Of a stretch of DNA of 64,000 nucleotides, positions 24,530 through 36,599 are shown piece by piece. Position 1 is the first letter of the stretch. Every line of letters begins with the position of its first letter. The notes below the pieces were generated by a model, which did no database searches, had not been told where the DNA came from, and saw nothing but the letters and a program-made list of their open reading frames with translations. This stretch comes from Heteronotia binoei (Eukaryota): positions 55,800,001-55,864,000 of the forward strand of contig NC_083226.1 in NCBI RefSeq assembly GCF_032191835.1. Direction: 5' to 3'. Made by a program: the position numbers and the translations under genes.

Positions 24530-25320
24530 TACAGTAGTCAAGTTGCTTCTGACATGGTGACTCTATAAATTAATATCCTCAAAAATGTCCTACCATTAAC
24601 AGCCTTGCTTAGATCTTACAAACTGAGGGCCATGGCTTCCTTTATTGAATCAGGGGAAAACTGGTACTTTAATACATATTTTGTCGGAGTTTCCACTTTT
24701 TATTAGCCTTAGAAATAGGCTTTTAACACAAATAATATTTCATCTTTGTCTCATCACACGCTAGTGGTATTCCTTTATCTGGTAGGTTTCCAAACCTTCC
24801 CTTTGTTGTTGCAAGTTTTTTTGTTTGGTTTAGTGTTGTGTCCAGATGATGCTATTTGACAGATGGGTTTTTGATTGCTGAAGACTTTTTAGCAAGGAGC
24901 TTTAATCAGAATAAAGGAAAGAAAAGAAAAGAAAAGAAAAGAAAAGAAAAGAAAAGAAAGCAATCCACATCATGTTGGGTCTTCCTCTTTTCCTGCTGCC
25001 ATCAACTTTTCCTATCATTATTATCTTTTCCAGTGACTCTTGTCTTGTAATGTGACTGACACATGACAGACTAGTTGTTTTAGCTTAAAGGACGCATTTA
25101 GGCTTGATTTGATGTAGAACCAACCTGGTTCTTTTTGGTGGTCCACAGAGAGTTTGTAAAACTCTCCTCCACTGCTACATTTTAAAAGAATCTACTTTCT
25201 TCCTGTTAGCATTCTTCATTGTCAAGCTTTTGTACCCATAAATAGTAATGAAGAATTCTACAGCATGAATTAACTTGATCTTGGTCACCAGTGACACACC
25301 CTTACACTTAAGGATCGTTG
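24530..25320 (-). mobile_element. RTE-clade LINE 3' fragment (degenerate, interrupted)
   Basis: Minus strand ILKCKGVSLVTKIKLIHAV..RKKVDSF..WRRVL..WT. RTE-type 3'UTR at ~24530-24650. Confidence 0.7.
24915..24960. repeat. (GAAAA)n microsatellite
   Basis: Directly visible pentanucleotide run. Confidence 0.9.
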
Positions 25321-28300
25321 CTAGTTTCTTTGTGCCTACCAGGGCTGGAATGTAAGATTATGCCAGGAAGGCAGCTGCCTAAGGCATCACCAGGCCTAAA
25401 GGTTCACTGCTGGATACCCCTCCCCCCTCTCCTCTCCCTGCTGCTCTCACCTTCCCGGGTCTGCACAGTGGCGCATCAGTGTTTGCTCTTGCAAGGGAAG
25501 GCAGGCTTGGAGGAGAGCACACCCTGCCCCACTGCTCTCGTCAAAAGCGTCAGGGTGGTAGAGTGCACAGGCCACTGTCCTACCCCACCCTTGCCTTCCT
25601 GGGCCTGCCTGGGGAAGGGGTGGCGGCGGGACCTAGGGTGCCAGGAGTTCTGGCACCAGCCCTGGTGCCTGCCCTCCCCAGTCTCAATTTCCTTTTGATT
25701 CCTTGGTTGCAGTGTCCCTTTTGGTTCATGATAGAGCCAAGAAATAGAGAATCTTGAGCAATTACTTTTATCTTCTTGATGTTTAGCTGTAATCCTGCTT
25801 TTTATATTAAATCCTGCATTTTTATATTAGCACTGTTTGTTTAGCTATATTTGATTATTGTTTTCACCCTAACTTCCTTGGTTACTTTTCCAGTACTTGA
25901 TTGGTCTTCCCCCTTTTTTTTGGTCTTGTCTATTTATGCTCTTACCTTATCAGTGTGAAGCCCCCTTTCTGTGTGTACTGTAGTCCTGATCCAAATCAAC
26001 CTGATGTAAACTTGAGAAGCACAGATCTTCTAGTTCATATATGATCCAAATTCTCATGGTGACCATCAAAACTCTGTAATGATAGAATCATTCCCGAGAG
26101 CCAGGAGTTAGGAGCTGGAAAGACTTTGGCATGACAAGAAACTAAATGGGTTATGAAAGCACTGTAAAACCCTCCTATCAAACATTGACAGCATGCAGTA
26201 TAGTCATATGAAAATATTTTTCTTTTCTTTTTTTTTTTTACTTCAGGCAAAGTTATGAATTCAGATGAATAACATTCTTTTGAATTCAGTTTGTTATGGA
26301 AATCAAATTTAAAACTGTATGAATTAGAATGAACATTGTTTTAAAAACCAGCTTTCCTTTGCTTTCCCTAGAACAGTATTCCAAAGTAAGGCACAGTAAG
26401 TGCAGAGATAACTGTAGAGCCAGTTCTGAATATGCCCAACTGTGTGTGCTTCGCATGATAATTATTTTATTGGAAGAAAATTTCCAGAAACACAAATGTT
26501 TTTAAAAAGAAGCAATTTAGCCAAATAGAGTACGATGACTATTTTTTCTGCATGGGCCACAAGATGGCACCATGGGATATCAAATTTGTTATCTTTCCCA
26601 TGCCCAGTTATGGACCCCACAAACACAGCAGAATAAAGACCCCTGCATTCTAGGTTTATTCCTGCTTAAAATTAGCATGGAGCTAAAATGTCTCTGTAGG
26701 CAATATTGTCAATAGAAACTGTCAGCTGGTGCTTCAGAACAGCCCATGCAATCATTTTACGTTCAGAGCTGGAACAATTATCATATTTTGTGCCAGTGAA
26801 GAAGATACTGTTTTAAAATGTTGTGTCTTTCCCTAGTCAGCAAGTTTGGTCCAAAGCAATAGTTGGCATATTTAATACTAACAAAGAATATACGTGTTCA
26901 TGTGTTGTTGTTGTTTTCAAAGTATGGATTACTAATGCAAATATGTTTATATAACTTTCTGATTTTTAGACATGAGATTCAATCCTTTTTTAAAATAAAA
27001 AGTCCCTTTAAAAGAAGTAATTTATATGACCACAAATGCAGTTAACCCTGAAACTTAGAATGTCCTGCTGCTTGTGGAAGTTTGTAGAAAGGTCTTAACA
27101 AACTCAAATTTAATACTCATATTTATTTACATTTGAGTATCTTGTAAGATATCAATGGATTTAAATAAAACTAACAAATGCATGATTTTTGGATTAACTA
27201 GAATAATGAGTTCAAGATATATTCCTTGTATTGTGTTAAATTTCAGATTTATGATACTCCAGGGACAAGAATCTGGTTTATTTTCTGCTAACTGATTGAG
27301 AGTTGGGAATCATGAACAGATATTCATGTATGCTGAATGGTTCAACTGTGTTGAAGCTAATGGAGCTAAACTGCTTCACATCTTGTGGAAGTGCTAGTCC
27401 AATAAAGTCAATGTTTCTTTAAAGTAATCACTAGATTTAATTGATGATGTTTGCTTATTCATAACAAAACAGCTAAAACATGGCTTTCCGTTGAATATCA
27501 AAATTTAGATCTCAAAACACCAGGAATTTTTCTGATGAAATTCATAGAATGAAGATACTCCACATAGAGCTGCCTGATTGATGGTACTTTTTCATTGCCT
27601 GATTGATGGATATTGATGGAGACAATATGAAGCTAAAGTGGGCTGTATCTGAAGAACAGCTGACAAAGTTGTCTAAAAGCTCTGAACAATTGGGTGGATA
27701 TTGATGGAGACAATAAGAGCTGAAGCTTCAAAGAAAACAGGGGATATTGTGGGAGGCAAGGACTAAACAGGCACAGAGTTGTGTCCATTCTATGTCTTCC
27801 CTCTCTTACTCATAACATTAAACACATGACATGATTAAGTTTCAGCATTCCATGCTCCATTCTTACTTCATATAATCAGCTTCAATAGTGATAGCATCAC
27901 ACAGCATAATGGTATCATATCACATATTGTGGTCAATGAGACACTATGGAGAAGAGTCATTGACAGGAGGCAGCTGTTCTGACATCTGATTAGACCCTCA
28001 TCAGTTCTGACTCTGGCCAGTCTGCTTGAGGCAATGTACTTGGGTGTAGGGAGAGGGACAACTGTAATATCTGCCTGAGCAGTAAGCCACAGTGTGTGAT
28101 TTTTGAATCACAGTCAGTTAAGCACTGCACATCACTTCATGACAAATAGGGAATGAGAAAACTATTTATGAGCCTCTGATAGATCATTTAGGTAATACAA
28201 AACCCTATTTGATTGCAGTTAAATCTTTTTTATAGAAAATATAAAGTACTTCAAGATTAACCCCCATATCATGGCTTGTCCTGGTATAAAATTTTTGTCA

Positions 28301-29039
28301 AGCATGCAGTTTCAATGACGAGTCAAGTGGATACAAAACTACGTTTATTGATAGACTGATACGCTTTCTTAAGACAGGTTCTTGAGAGTGACATAGATAA
28401 TACATTGATATAGTTCTTTTAAGGCACACTTTAAAGGGTTCCCAAAGGTGGGGGCTAGGAATGCTCTCTAACTGATAAACTATCATAAATGTCTACATTC
28501 TCACAATGTTATCAGTATCTTGTCCTTGCTTTCCCCCAGATGTCTTCACACTCCCAACCAGGAATGTATGGGAAGGTGTTGAGTACTCTTTATCTTGTTA
28601 GTTTTGTTTCTTTCTACTCTACTTCACAGCAATAAGCAGGAAAGGGGGAGGGGTAAGAATAACAGAGTCAAACTACTTCAGTCCTCCATGATACTTCACA
28701 GGCCAATTTTATGGAGGGCCATTAAACCATTAATTACCATTGGAATTTTACCATGCTTGACAGTTTTTTGTTCATTTGTTTTGTTTTTTCTTATTGCTTG
28801 AACTCAGAAAATTAATATTGTCAACTTTTTAAGCCAGAATCAGAAGATTTACTGTGCATTTGTTAGGATTTTAAATAAATGTAATTGAGTAACCGTGAGA
28901 AGTAATTAAGAGAATGTGTGAAGTTCTGATATGAAAAATTCTGCAAGAATTTTATTGAACCTTATTGAACCTTATTGAACCTTTGAAGTACTAACAGAAT
29001 TTTGCAGTCATCATTACTTTGGGTATAGGCTTTTATATA

Positions 29040-29320
29040 GGGTTAAATGAAACTAAGTCCTCAGGGCCAGATGAATTGCATCCAAGGGTTCTAAAAGAGG
29101 TTGCAGGTGTAATTTCTAAGCCTCTGGCTATTATTTTTGAGAATTCTTGGAGAACAGGAGAGGTGCTGGAAAATTGGAGGCGGGCGAATGTTGTCCCCAT
29201 CTTCAAGAAGAGGAAAAAAGAGGATCCGGGTAACTACCGACCCGTCAGCTTGATGTTTATACCTGGAAAAGCTTTAGAATAAATCATCAGTCAGTCTTGG
29301 AACATTGAAAAAGAATGGAT
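29040..29320 (+). mobile_element. CR1 ORF2 internal fragment (RT N-terminal region)
   Basis: KSSGPDELHPRVLKEVAGVISKPLAIIFENSWRTGEV..WRRANVVPIFKK.KKEDPGNYRPVSL. Confidence 0.88.
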
Positions 29321-29679
29321 GATTCTATATGCTTCCCCCCATTTTATTTTTGTTGGGTTTTTTTATTTCATTGCCTTGTTAGTGAAAAGGAGTAAGAATA
29401 AAGTGAATAAAATAACACCGGAAAAATCACAGCTTCTTTTTTACGCCGTATCCTGGGCATTCCCAACTCAGTGCATTATTTCATCCTGTGTGCCGAATTG
29501 GGTCTTCACACAGTAGAGTCTAAAATCTGGATTATCACAATCAAATACTGGTTCCACCTTCATTTCCATCCCTTACCCAACAGTGTGATTTCTTTTTTAC
29601 TTGCAGACCCTTTTACCCCTAAATGGTTCTGTTCAGTACTCAGGAAAATTAAATAAATTGGTATCAATTTAGATTCATT

Positions 29680-30210
29680 GACAAACTGCAGTGAAACTTA
29701 TATATTTCACTTGATCCGCAGGAGAATACTGGATATTGACTCCCAATTAATAATTGCTGAAGCAAGGGATACATGCTCTCCCTGCTTCTTGGACCTTCTC
29801 CCTTCCCAAATTTGCATGGCTCAGTATCTCTCAAATCTAATAAACCCACATCAACGCCATGCTTTTATGTTGGCCAGACTCAGCATATTTTCATGGTCCG
29901 TGGTCTCTGGTAGATATAAAGATATGACTTACGAACAGAGACAGTGCAAGTGTGGTAGAGAACCTGACTCTATACGACACATTCTGTTAGACTGCCCGTT
30001 ACTTACCCATTACTGACATCGCTTGATCAAACCTCTCCTCTCAACCCCCAACTTGGTGACAAACAAAAGGATAGTTTTTGTTGGCTGACAAATATCCCTC
30101 AATTACTGAGCAGGTTGCAGAATTTCTAGCCCTAGCAGTGAGTGAGAAAGAAACTAAAAATGGAGTCAGGTAGGGGAATACTTTGCTCCACTTTTCTTAG
30201 TTAAGTAACC
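29680..30210 (+). mobile_element. LINE ORF2 C-terminal fragment, RTE-X-like
   Basis: YLSNLINPHQRHAFMLARLSIFSWSVVSGRY..EQRQCKCGREPDSIRHILLDCP (C-terminal CCHC knuckle pattern). Confidence 0.6.
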
Positions 30211-31363
30211 TTGTATTCCCATGCTGATTGTGCTTGCAGATTACTGTGGTTTGTATGTTTCATTTTGAAGTTCCTTTGGATCTTGTTTTTTTCTGTTATG
30301 CCAATAATGGTTATGTCCGTCTATGATAATGTCTGTCTATTTTATTCTTTGTACTGGAAAACAAAATTTCAATATGAAAAATATGAATATCTTTGTTCCA
30401 TGGACTTCAGAAATTGTAAATGTGTAATCTACCTTTCAGAGATTTGGTAGACAGATCCCCCTACCTGATGTCAAGGTAAACCTATTATAAAGAGCAGGTT
30501 TGGCAGTGTGCATATTTTATAGCAGCAATCTGTTTCTTAGAAAGATACAATGAATTATGGGAGGCACAAAAACTATTGCAGAACAGTAATTCCACATTTT
30601 TAATTCTAAAGGTGATGGTGAGGGATGCTGTTAATTAAAACATGCTGCATTTGTTGCATGTATTTTATAAATGTCAATGATAGAGCATAAGATTAAAACT
30701 ATTAACTACATACAGGTCTTAAAATGGGATGCTAAAGGGATGTAATTAGTTCTTTAATTTTGTATTTTTAATTGACTGCTTCTGTAGTTAATTAAATGTT
30801 TAATGAAGGTTTTGGTTACAATCTAAATAGAAATTGTTATAAACTGTCATTAAATAAATGATCTCTTTCATGTGCACACACTAGCATTTTGACCTTTTGA
30901 TTTGTCCTAACTGTGAATAATCACTACAGCTGTGTTTGGGAATTAGGGGTTTTTTTCTTGCTAACTGGTGAATCAGATATTTCTACTTGTTTGATTTTGG
31001 ATCATCCAATACAAAACTCTCTAGGCATATTGCACAGTTCAGTAGGGAGTTGAAAGACTGTGTATTCATACATTGTCATGTATCAACGGGGGTAAAAGCC
31101 CATGATTATTTAGAACAGCATATGTGTCAAGAAATACTGAACAGATTTAGGCAGTTATGATTATCAGTGGAATAGTAATTAAGATAATGGAGTTGTTGCT
31201 ACCATTTTCACTGGCCAAGGACTGCACCTAGACCTATGTAAGTGGAACAGTAATATGGTATTTGGGGATCGAATATTAAGATCCATATTAGATAAAAGAA
31301 TGGTCACAATTGTATCAAATATTAAAGCTCTGTGAAGAGCTACATCATTCTAATCCTTTAGAT

Positions 31364-31845
31364 CAGCAGTCCCCAACCTTTTTGGCACCAGAGACTGGTT
31401 TTGTGGAAGACAATTTTCCCACGGACCTGGGGAGGAGGGGTGATGGTTTTGGGATGATACAATTTTGCACTTTATTTTGGTGTGGTGGTTAAGTGTGTGG
31501 ACTCTTATCAGGAGGAACCAGGTTTGATTTCCCACTCCTCCACTTGCAGCTGCTGGAATGGCTTTGAATCAGTCATAGCTCTTGCAGCTTCTGGGGAGCT
31601 TCTGGGGAGAACTCTCTTAGCCCTACCCACCTCACAGGGTGTTTGTTGCGGGGGAGGAAGATAAAGGAGATTGTGAGCCATTCTGAGATTCGGAGTGGAG
31701 GGCAGGATATAAATCCAATGCCTTATTATTATTATTATTATTACTACATTGTAATATATAATGAAATAATTATACAGCTCATGGCCCGGTTGCTAACAGG
31801 CCATGGACTGATATCGGTCCATGGTCCGGGGGTTGGGCACCCCGG
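31364..31845. mobile_element. hAT-Charlie MITE with MER1/Charlie3-like termini; a SINE is nested inside
   Basis: CAGCAGTCCCCAACCTTTTTGGCACCAG...GGGGGTTGGGCACCCCGG. Perfect 8-bp TSD CTTTAGAT at 31356-31363 and 31846-31853. Confidence 0.85.
31476..31745 (+). mobile_element. tRNA-derived SINE nested in the MITE
   Basis: TGGTGTGGTGGTTAAG..GGTTTGATTTCCCACTCC..ATAAATCCAATG(TTA)n. Confidence 0.8.
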
Positions 31846-32339
31846 CTTTAGATATTAAAAGCCTACTGTGGTGGCAAATTTGAGGATTTTCATTGGTTGG
31901 ATGTGGGCTACACATGAATGGGCTACACATACTGACAGGTTATCCTGGGAGCTTACCGATCACTACTTCCTCTCCTCAGGCCCCATTGCAGGAAATCCAG
32001 GACAGTCTGTCTCCCCCCGCCCACCAAAAAAAATCGCTGCCATGAAGCAAACAGTAACACAAACAGTAAACTGCGAGAGATATGTTCATGAGAAAACAGT
32101 TGCAATTACTAATCTTCGACTGACACAATAGGAATGTTCATTCATAGCAAGGAGGGGCCAGTTCAACAGCAACAGATACACTATACAATGTATCAAGCTC
32201 CCTCTCCACCTGCAAATACTCTTCACTCTTTCTATTCAAATTAGGCTACCATGGGTTCATATGATAGAATGGACACTATTCTTTCCTATAGGTCCACAAT
32301 ATATCTTGCACCCCCATACGGAATAAAAAGGCAGACAAG

Positions 32340-33040
32340 GTAGATGGGAAAACGGGCCACTTTATTAAAATATAACACAACATGGCAAGGTAAATTGAAA
32401 TAGGACGAGCCCTGGGGTCCCAGCCTGACCCCGCCAAGTCCTACAAAGGGCGAGCCACCCTACCCCCGGTCCCAGCCATACAACTGTGGCTAGAACCAGG
32501 CCGGCAGACCCAACATGCCCTCCCCTTACCCCCGCCCTGATCACCAGAGGGGAGCGACCAAGGGGAGGCATGAAACCCGATCCGTATTTCAGGTCATTGA
32601 GCCGTGAAGCCCATCTGCCTTACCTACGGATCGCATGCACAACACAGGTGCCTAGGCCTGGGTGCTCACCGGCAAGGTCTGAACCCCTTGAAAATTCTGC
32701 CAAGTGACCAAATTAACTACCTACCTAACAGCCACACCACTGCTGGCAGTACAAGGTAGGCGAAAAACACACCACCAATGGCCAATCAGGTGATAGTGAA
32801 AAAATTCCTACCTGGCCCCTAAAAACGGCGACCGGTGTAATCCTGTACTACTGCATGGTGGGACGGCGGGCCGACGACTCCCCGCGACTGTGTGGGGAGA
32901 GGTGGGGCCAAGGCTTCTTAAATCCTCGGCCCCCACCCACACCTAATCCCCGGGAAAAGCAGCCCTTTATCCTGCCGGGGCTGAAAACAACGGCCCCGCA
33001 GCGCGCAGCCGCTTTGCGGCGCGGCAAGAGCAAGGCCGAA
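32340..33040 (-). mobile_element. CpG-rich unassigned insertion, possibly a DIRS/Ngaro terminal-repeat remnant
   Basis: Abruptly GC/CpG-rich. Minus strand has GGATTTAAG (TATA-like) near 32910 and TAATAAAAGTGGCC near 32355-32368. Assignment from recall only. Confidence 0.3.
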
Positions 33041-33048
33041 TTATCAGC

Positions 33049-33275
33049 TCATAGGACAGAATGGACTCCATTCTGTCCTATTAGCGCATTAGACAGATTG
33101 GAGTCCATTCTATATTATGAGCCCATTGGACAGCATGGACTGCATTGTATCCTATGGGCCCATAGGATGGAATGGACTCCATTCTGTCCTATGCATTCCA
33201 TTCGGTTCTATGGGCCCATAAGATACAAAGAAATCCACTTTGTCCTATGGCCTCATGAGATGGAATGGACTCCAT
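33049..33275. repeat. Array of palindromic ~37-bp units
   Basis: The first unit is a perfect 15-bp inverted repeat ATAGGACAGAATGGA-C-TCCATTCTGTCCTAT (33051-33081). Unit centres at ~33061, 33098, 33135, 33172 and 33265. Confidence 0.8.
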
Positions 33276-33499
33276 TTCATTTTCCTGCCACCTGCAAGCG
33301 GGAGAGAGCAAAAAGGAGGCCTGCAATGGCTCTCTGCCTTACAGCCACCAGCAGAGTAGGTCTGTCTGTCATCTGCTTGTTTTAAGAGGCAGGGAGGCAT
33401 TGGAAGGCTCCTTTTCACTCCCCACCCCTGCCTGCAAGTGGGAGGAGTGAAAGACAGGCTTCTAAATGGATGCCTGCCTGCCTGTCTTCTTGTCATTTT

Positions 33500-33880
33500 T
33501 CTATCTCCCTGTCTCCCTTCCTTCCTTTCATATTCCTTTCTTTCACCTTTCTCCCCCACTTTTCCATTACTCTTCCTTCCTCTCATTCTTTCTCTGTCTT
33601 TATCTCTCTGTCTTTTTCTTTCATTTTATCTTCCTTCTCATTTTTTCTCCCACTCCTTTCTCCTCCCCTTTTTTACATCTCCCTTTTGTTCTTTCTCTCA
33701 TTCTTTCTCTGTACCTTTGTCTTTTTATTTCATTCTACCTTCCTTCTTTTCATTATTTTCTCTCTCACTCCTTCTACCCATATTTTCCCTACCATTCTTT
33801 CTCTCACTCTTTTTATTCTTCTTTAATTCTGTTTGTCTATCTCCCTTCCTTCCTGCCACCTACACATTCATCACTCCCCC
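33500..33880. repeat. Polypyrimidine (C/T-rich) low-complexity tract
   Basis: Nearly G-free on the + strand; produces the spurious F/L/S-rich ORFs 33438-33933. Confidence 0.85.
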
Positions 33881-34171
33881 CATATTTTTATAGGGCCCGT
33901 TGTATTTCTTCCTATAATGGGCTTTACTGTTAGTTATTAATAATGTTATTTTCTCTGTACAGGTATAGCTCATGAGATTTAAATGCTGTAGACTTAGCCC
34001 TTCTCTGTTCCATGTATGGATGACTCCATGGAATCTTAAGTCCTCTGAGCAGACAAGTTCTGTTTTTATTTTCATAGCTTATGAAATGTTTGATAAACGT
34101 TGTGTAGGTTTTGTGGGTAACTTTAAAATATGATCAGAGTTCCCTAAGACAGAGATAGCTCTCTTCTCCAG

Positions 34172-34216
34172 ATTGTGCCTCCAGAATGGTTGGAGATGCT
34201 ATGAACTTTATCACAG
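34172..34216 (+). CDS. Candidate 45-nt exon of an unidentified host gene
   Basis: Acceptor CTCTCTTCTCCAG and donor GTGAGT. Open in phase 1 (CASRMVGDAMNFIT) and phase 2 (LCLQNGWRCYELYH). Confidence 0.3.
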
Positions 34217-34696
34217 GTGAGTTCAACCATCAAATTTGTTATTTTCCAAAGTGTTGGCAGTGACAGATCGGTTGTTGATTGGGAAAAGTCATGGTAGGCT
34301 GATGGCCTGGGGGGAGCACCTCCCCCACTAGGGTCACCCCAGCCCCAAGATTAGCTCTTATCTCATTTGGGGTGTTTTCACAGCAGCCACTGAAGCTAAC
34401 TGGGGTCCTTGCAGCTGCCACTATGGTAAGCTGGCCGCCCTGGTCCTGTGCACAGCTGGCAAGTGGTTACTATCACCAGTGAGCTGGCTTTGTGCTTTCC
34501 CTCTTCCACTGGGGGCAGGGCTTTTACAAGGCCTGTGGGTGTTGGTCAGTCAATCACCCAACCTGTTTGGTTTGTGCCAAGCAGCTGCAAATCGCAGCCA
34601 AACAGTACAGACACCTGCTTTACTTTATTTTAAGAACCAAGATAAAAAGATATCTTTTTACCCAGGCTTTTAATTACAGGTTTTATCTTGGAGGAT

Positions 34697-34810
34697 AGCC
34701 ATGGTTGGTCTGAAGCAGAGGAACAAAGTTTGAGAACAGTGACACCTTTAAGATCAACAAAATTTTGTTCAAGATGTGAGCTTTTGTGTGCATGCTCACT
34801 TCCTCAGACA
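34697..34810 (-). mobile_element. Penelope-like element terminal-repeat fragment with a degenerate minimal hammerhead ribozyme (34775-34810)
   Basis: Minus strand TGT-CTGAGGA-AGTGAGCATGCACAC-AAAA(for GAAA)-GCTC-ACA. The linked motif GACACCTTTAAGA(C/T)CAACAAA recurs at ~3629, 11321 and 23937. Confidence 0.65.
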
Positions 34811-35152
34811 AAGTGAAATAAAACTTACCAGTCCATACATATATGACAAAGGCTGAACAGCAAATTAACTTTATTGGATTTTATTGTGTCAGCTTTTTAA
34901 TGCTTTGTTTGCATTTTAAGGATATTTTAATGCTGCTTATGTCCAATGGCTTCTCTTTTAATGGACTGTGTTTTAATATTGTGGCTCTAATTGTAAACCA
35001 TCTCAAGTAGAACTCTGAAGAGGTGGCATAGATACCTTCTAAATAAAAAAGAGTAATACAATTTGTTTATGATGCCTTTTTCATTAGTGAACTTACTTAC
35101 ACACTTAAGAGCTTTTCCAGCCCATTTCTAAGCACTGAATAAAGTATTTCAG

Positions 35153-35188
35153 TATAAAAATGCCACAAGAAATATGGCATTTATGCAG
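35153..35188 (+). CDS. Candidate 36-nt exon, phase-compatible with 34172-34216
   Basis: TATTTCAG acceptor (weak) and CAG|GTAAGA donor. Phase 2 join gives LCLQNGWRCYELYHSIKMPQEIWHLC. Confidence 0.22.
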
Positions 35189-36599
35189 GTAAGAATGAGA
35201 GCTTCCAAATATGCAAAGATCCATGTAATAAAGTCTGGTGCATTTAATGCTTTTTTCATGGTAATACTGATGTTGAACTTTGAAGTCAACAATCTTGCTA
35301 TTTATATACTTAGGTGAAACTTCTTTGCTGGTTGCTGAGAGTGCCAAATCCATCAGAAAGGATGCACTTTCCCAAACAAATTCATCCAAGCTTTCTGGGT
35401 ATGTTCTATAAAATAACTAAAAGCAATTTTTCTAAATGGTCTGTCATCCAAAGATTGAGACATCCATTGCATTTTAAAAGTGCAAGCCAACTATTACAAC
35501 AAACCATTTCCTGAAATTTACGGACTCTTTGCAGGGGGAAAAAAATACAGTGGCTGCAGACTTAAGACAGATAGTTATATGGACTTGTATATATTCTGCC
35601 CCACACTTCACATGCACTCATCTGGTTTCTGAAGAAAATAGTCTTGTCACTGCCTGAAAATAGATATAGTGGTATAAGAAATGTGTTTCCTCTATTACTG
35701 ATGGCATCTCTATATGCTTACTCTCTGTCATCATCAGTGATCCATGTAGGGCTTTGTGGCTTTAGAACTGATCTGCAGACATTGCATGTAAATCTTATCC
35801 AACCAATCAACTTTCTGTGGAAACAGTTCTTCACAGATGATTTACTTCTAGAACAGCTGACTGAATCTGAAAAAAAATCCCTGTGTTCCTAGTAGAACCA
35901 GTTGCATTAGGAATGGATAACTCAGGCTTTTAGAAGCAGAGAACTATTCAAGGCTGTATAATTCTAATTCATTCCAAAAGTGATTTGTTATGCATTTTTT
36001 AAAATTTAGAACTAATTCAGCAACTGACACAAAAGAAGCTAAATCTTTAGTGTTGTGAAATATGAGCTTACATGAAATTACATAATGTGAGGTATATCAT
36101 GTGTATCTGTATAGCAGAAATAATAATTACTCCACCTTCCTATGAATGAGACTTTAAACAGACCTATGCAGAGGTATTCACTGTTAGGTGTTTGCTGACT
36201 TCATGGATTTCAACTATCCCTTTTTAAAAGTCTTGGTAAATTTGAATATGAGTTTGCTTTACTGACATTAGATACTAGAGATCAGGGTTTTCCAATCTTT
36301 TTGAGCCTGGGAGTACCTTAAGAATTCTGACACAGAATAGTGGACAAAATGGCTACTGTTGCAGAGATGGGGAACCAGCAACAAAATGGCTACCACAACT
36401 TACCTGCAGTCACACAGTGGAGATCCTTGTGCTGGCAGCTGCTGCCAAATAAAAATTTGCACAGGAAATCAAATCTCCAATGGCCAATCAAAAGTCTTGC
36501 TGGGCAAATGTCCACCTAGCCCCTTCCGTGTTATAAAAATACTTGGTAGGTTCCAGGAAAGGTGTTGGTGGGCACTGTGACAACCATGGGGTGGGAACA

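Larger units (their letters stand above)
31860..33933 (+). mobile_element. Putative non-autonomous Helitron (5' boundary uncertain)
   Basis: 3' hairpin GCCCGTTGTA (33895-33904) / TATAATGGGC (33913-33922), followed by TTAG|T, resembling the CTAG|T Helitron terminus. Internal tandem arrays; no terminal inverted repeats (TIRs) or TSD. Confidence 0.45.

Noticed and set aside
33049-33275. CRISPR-like array of palindromic ~37-bp repeats
   Set aside because: The units abut with no unique spacers, there are no cas genes, and the context is vertebrate. It is a minisatellite.
33438-33933. Three overlapping hydrophobic ORFs resembling membrane proteins
   Set aside because: Artefact of the C/T-only tract, which cannot form stop codons.
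35105-35410. Minus-strand 94-aa ORF with an upstream acceptor-like site
   Set aside because: No homology recognised, the donor is weak, and ORFs of this length are expected by chance in 64 kb.
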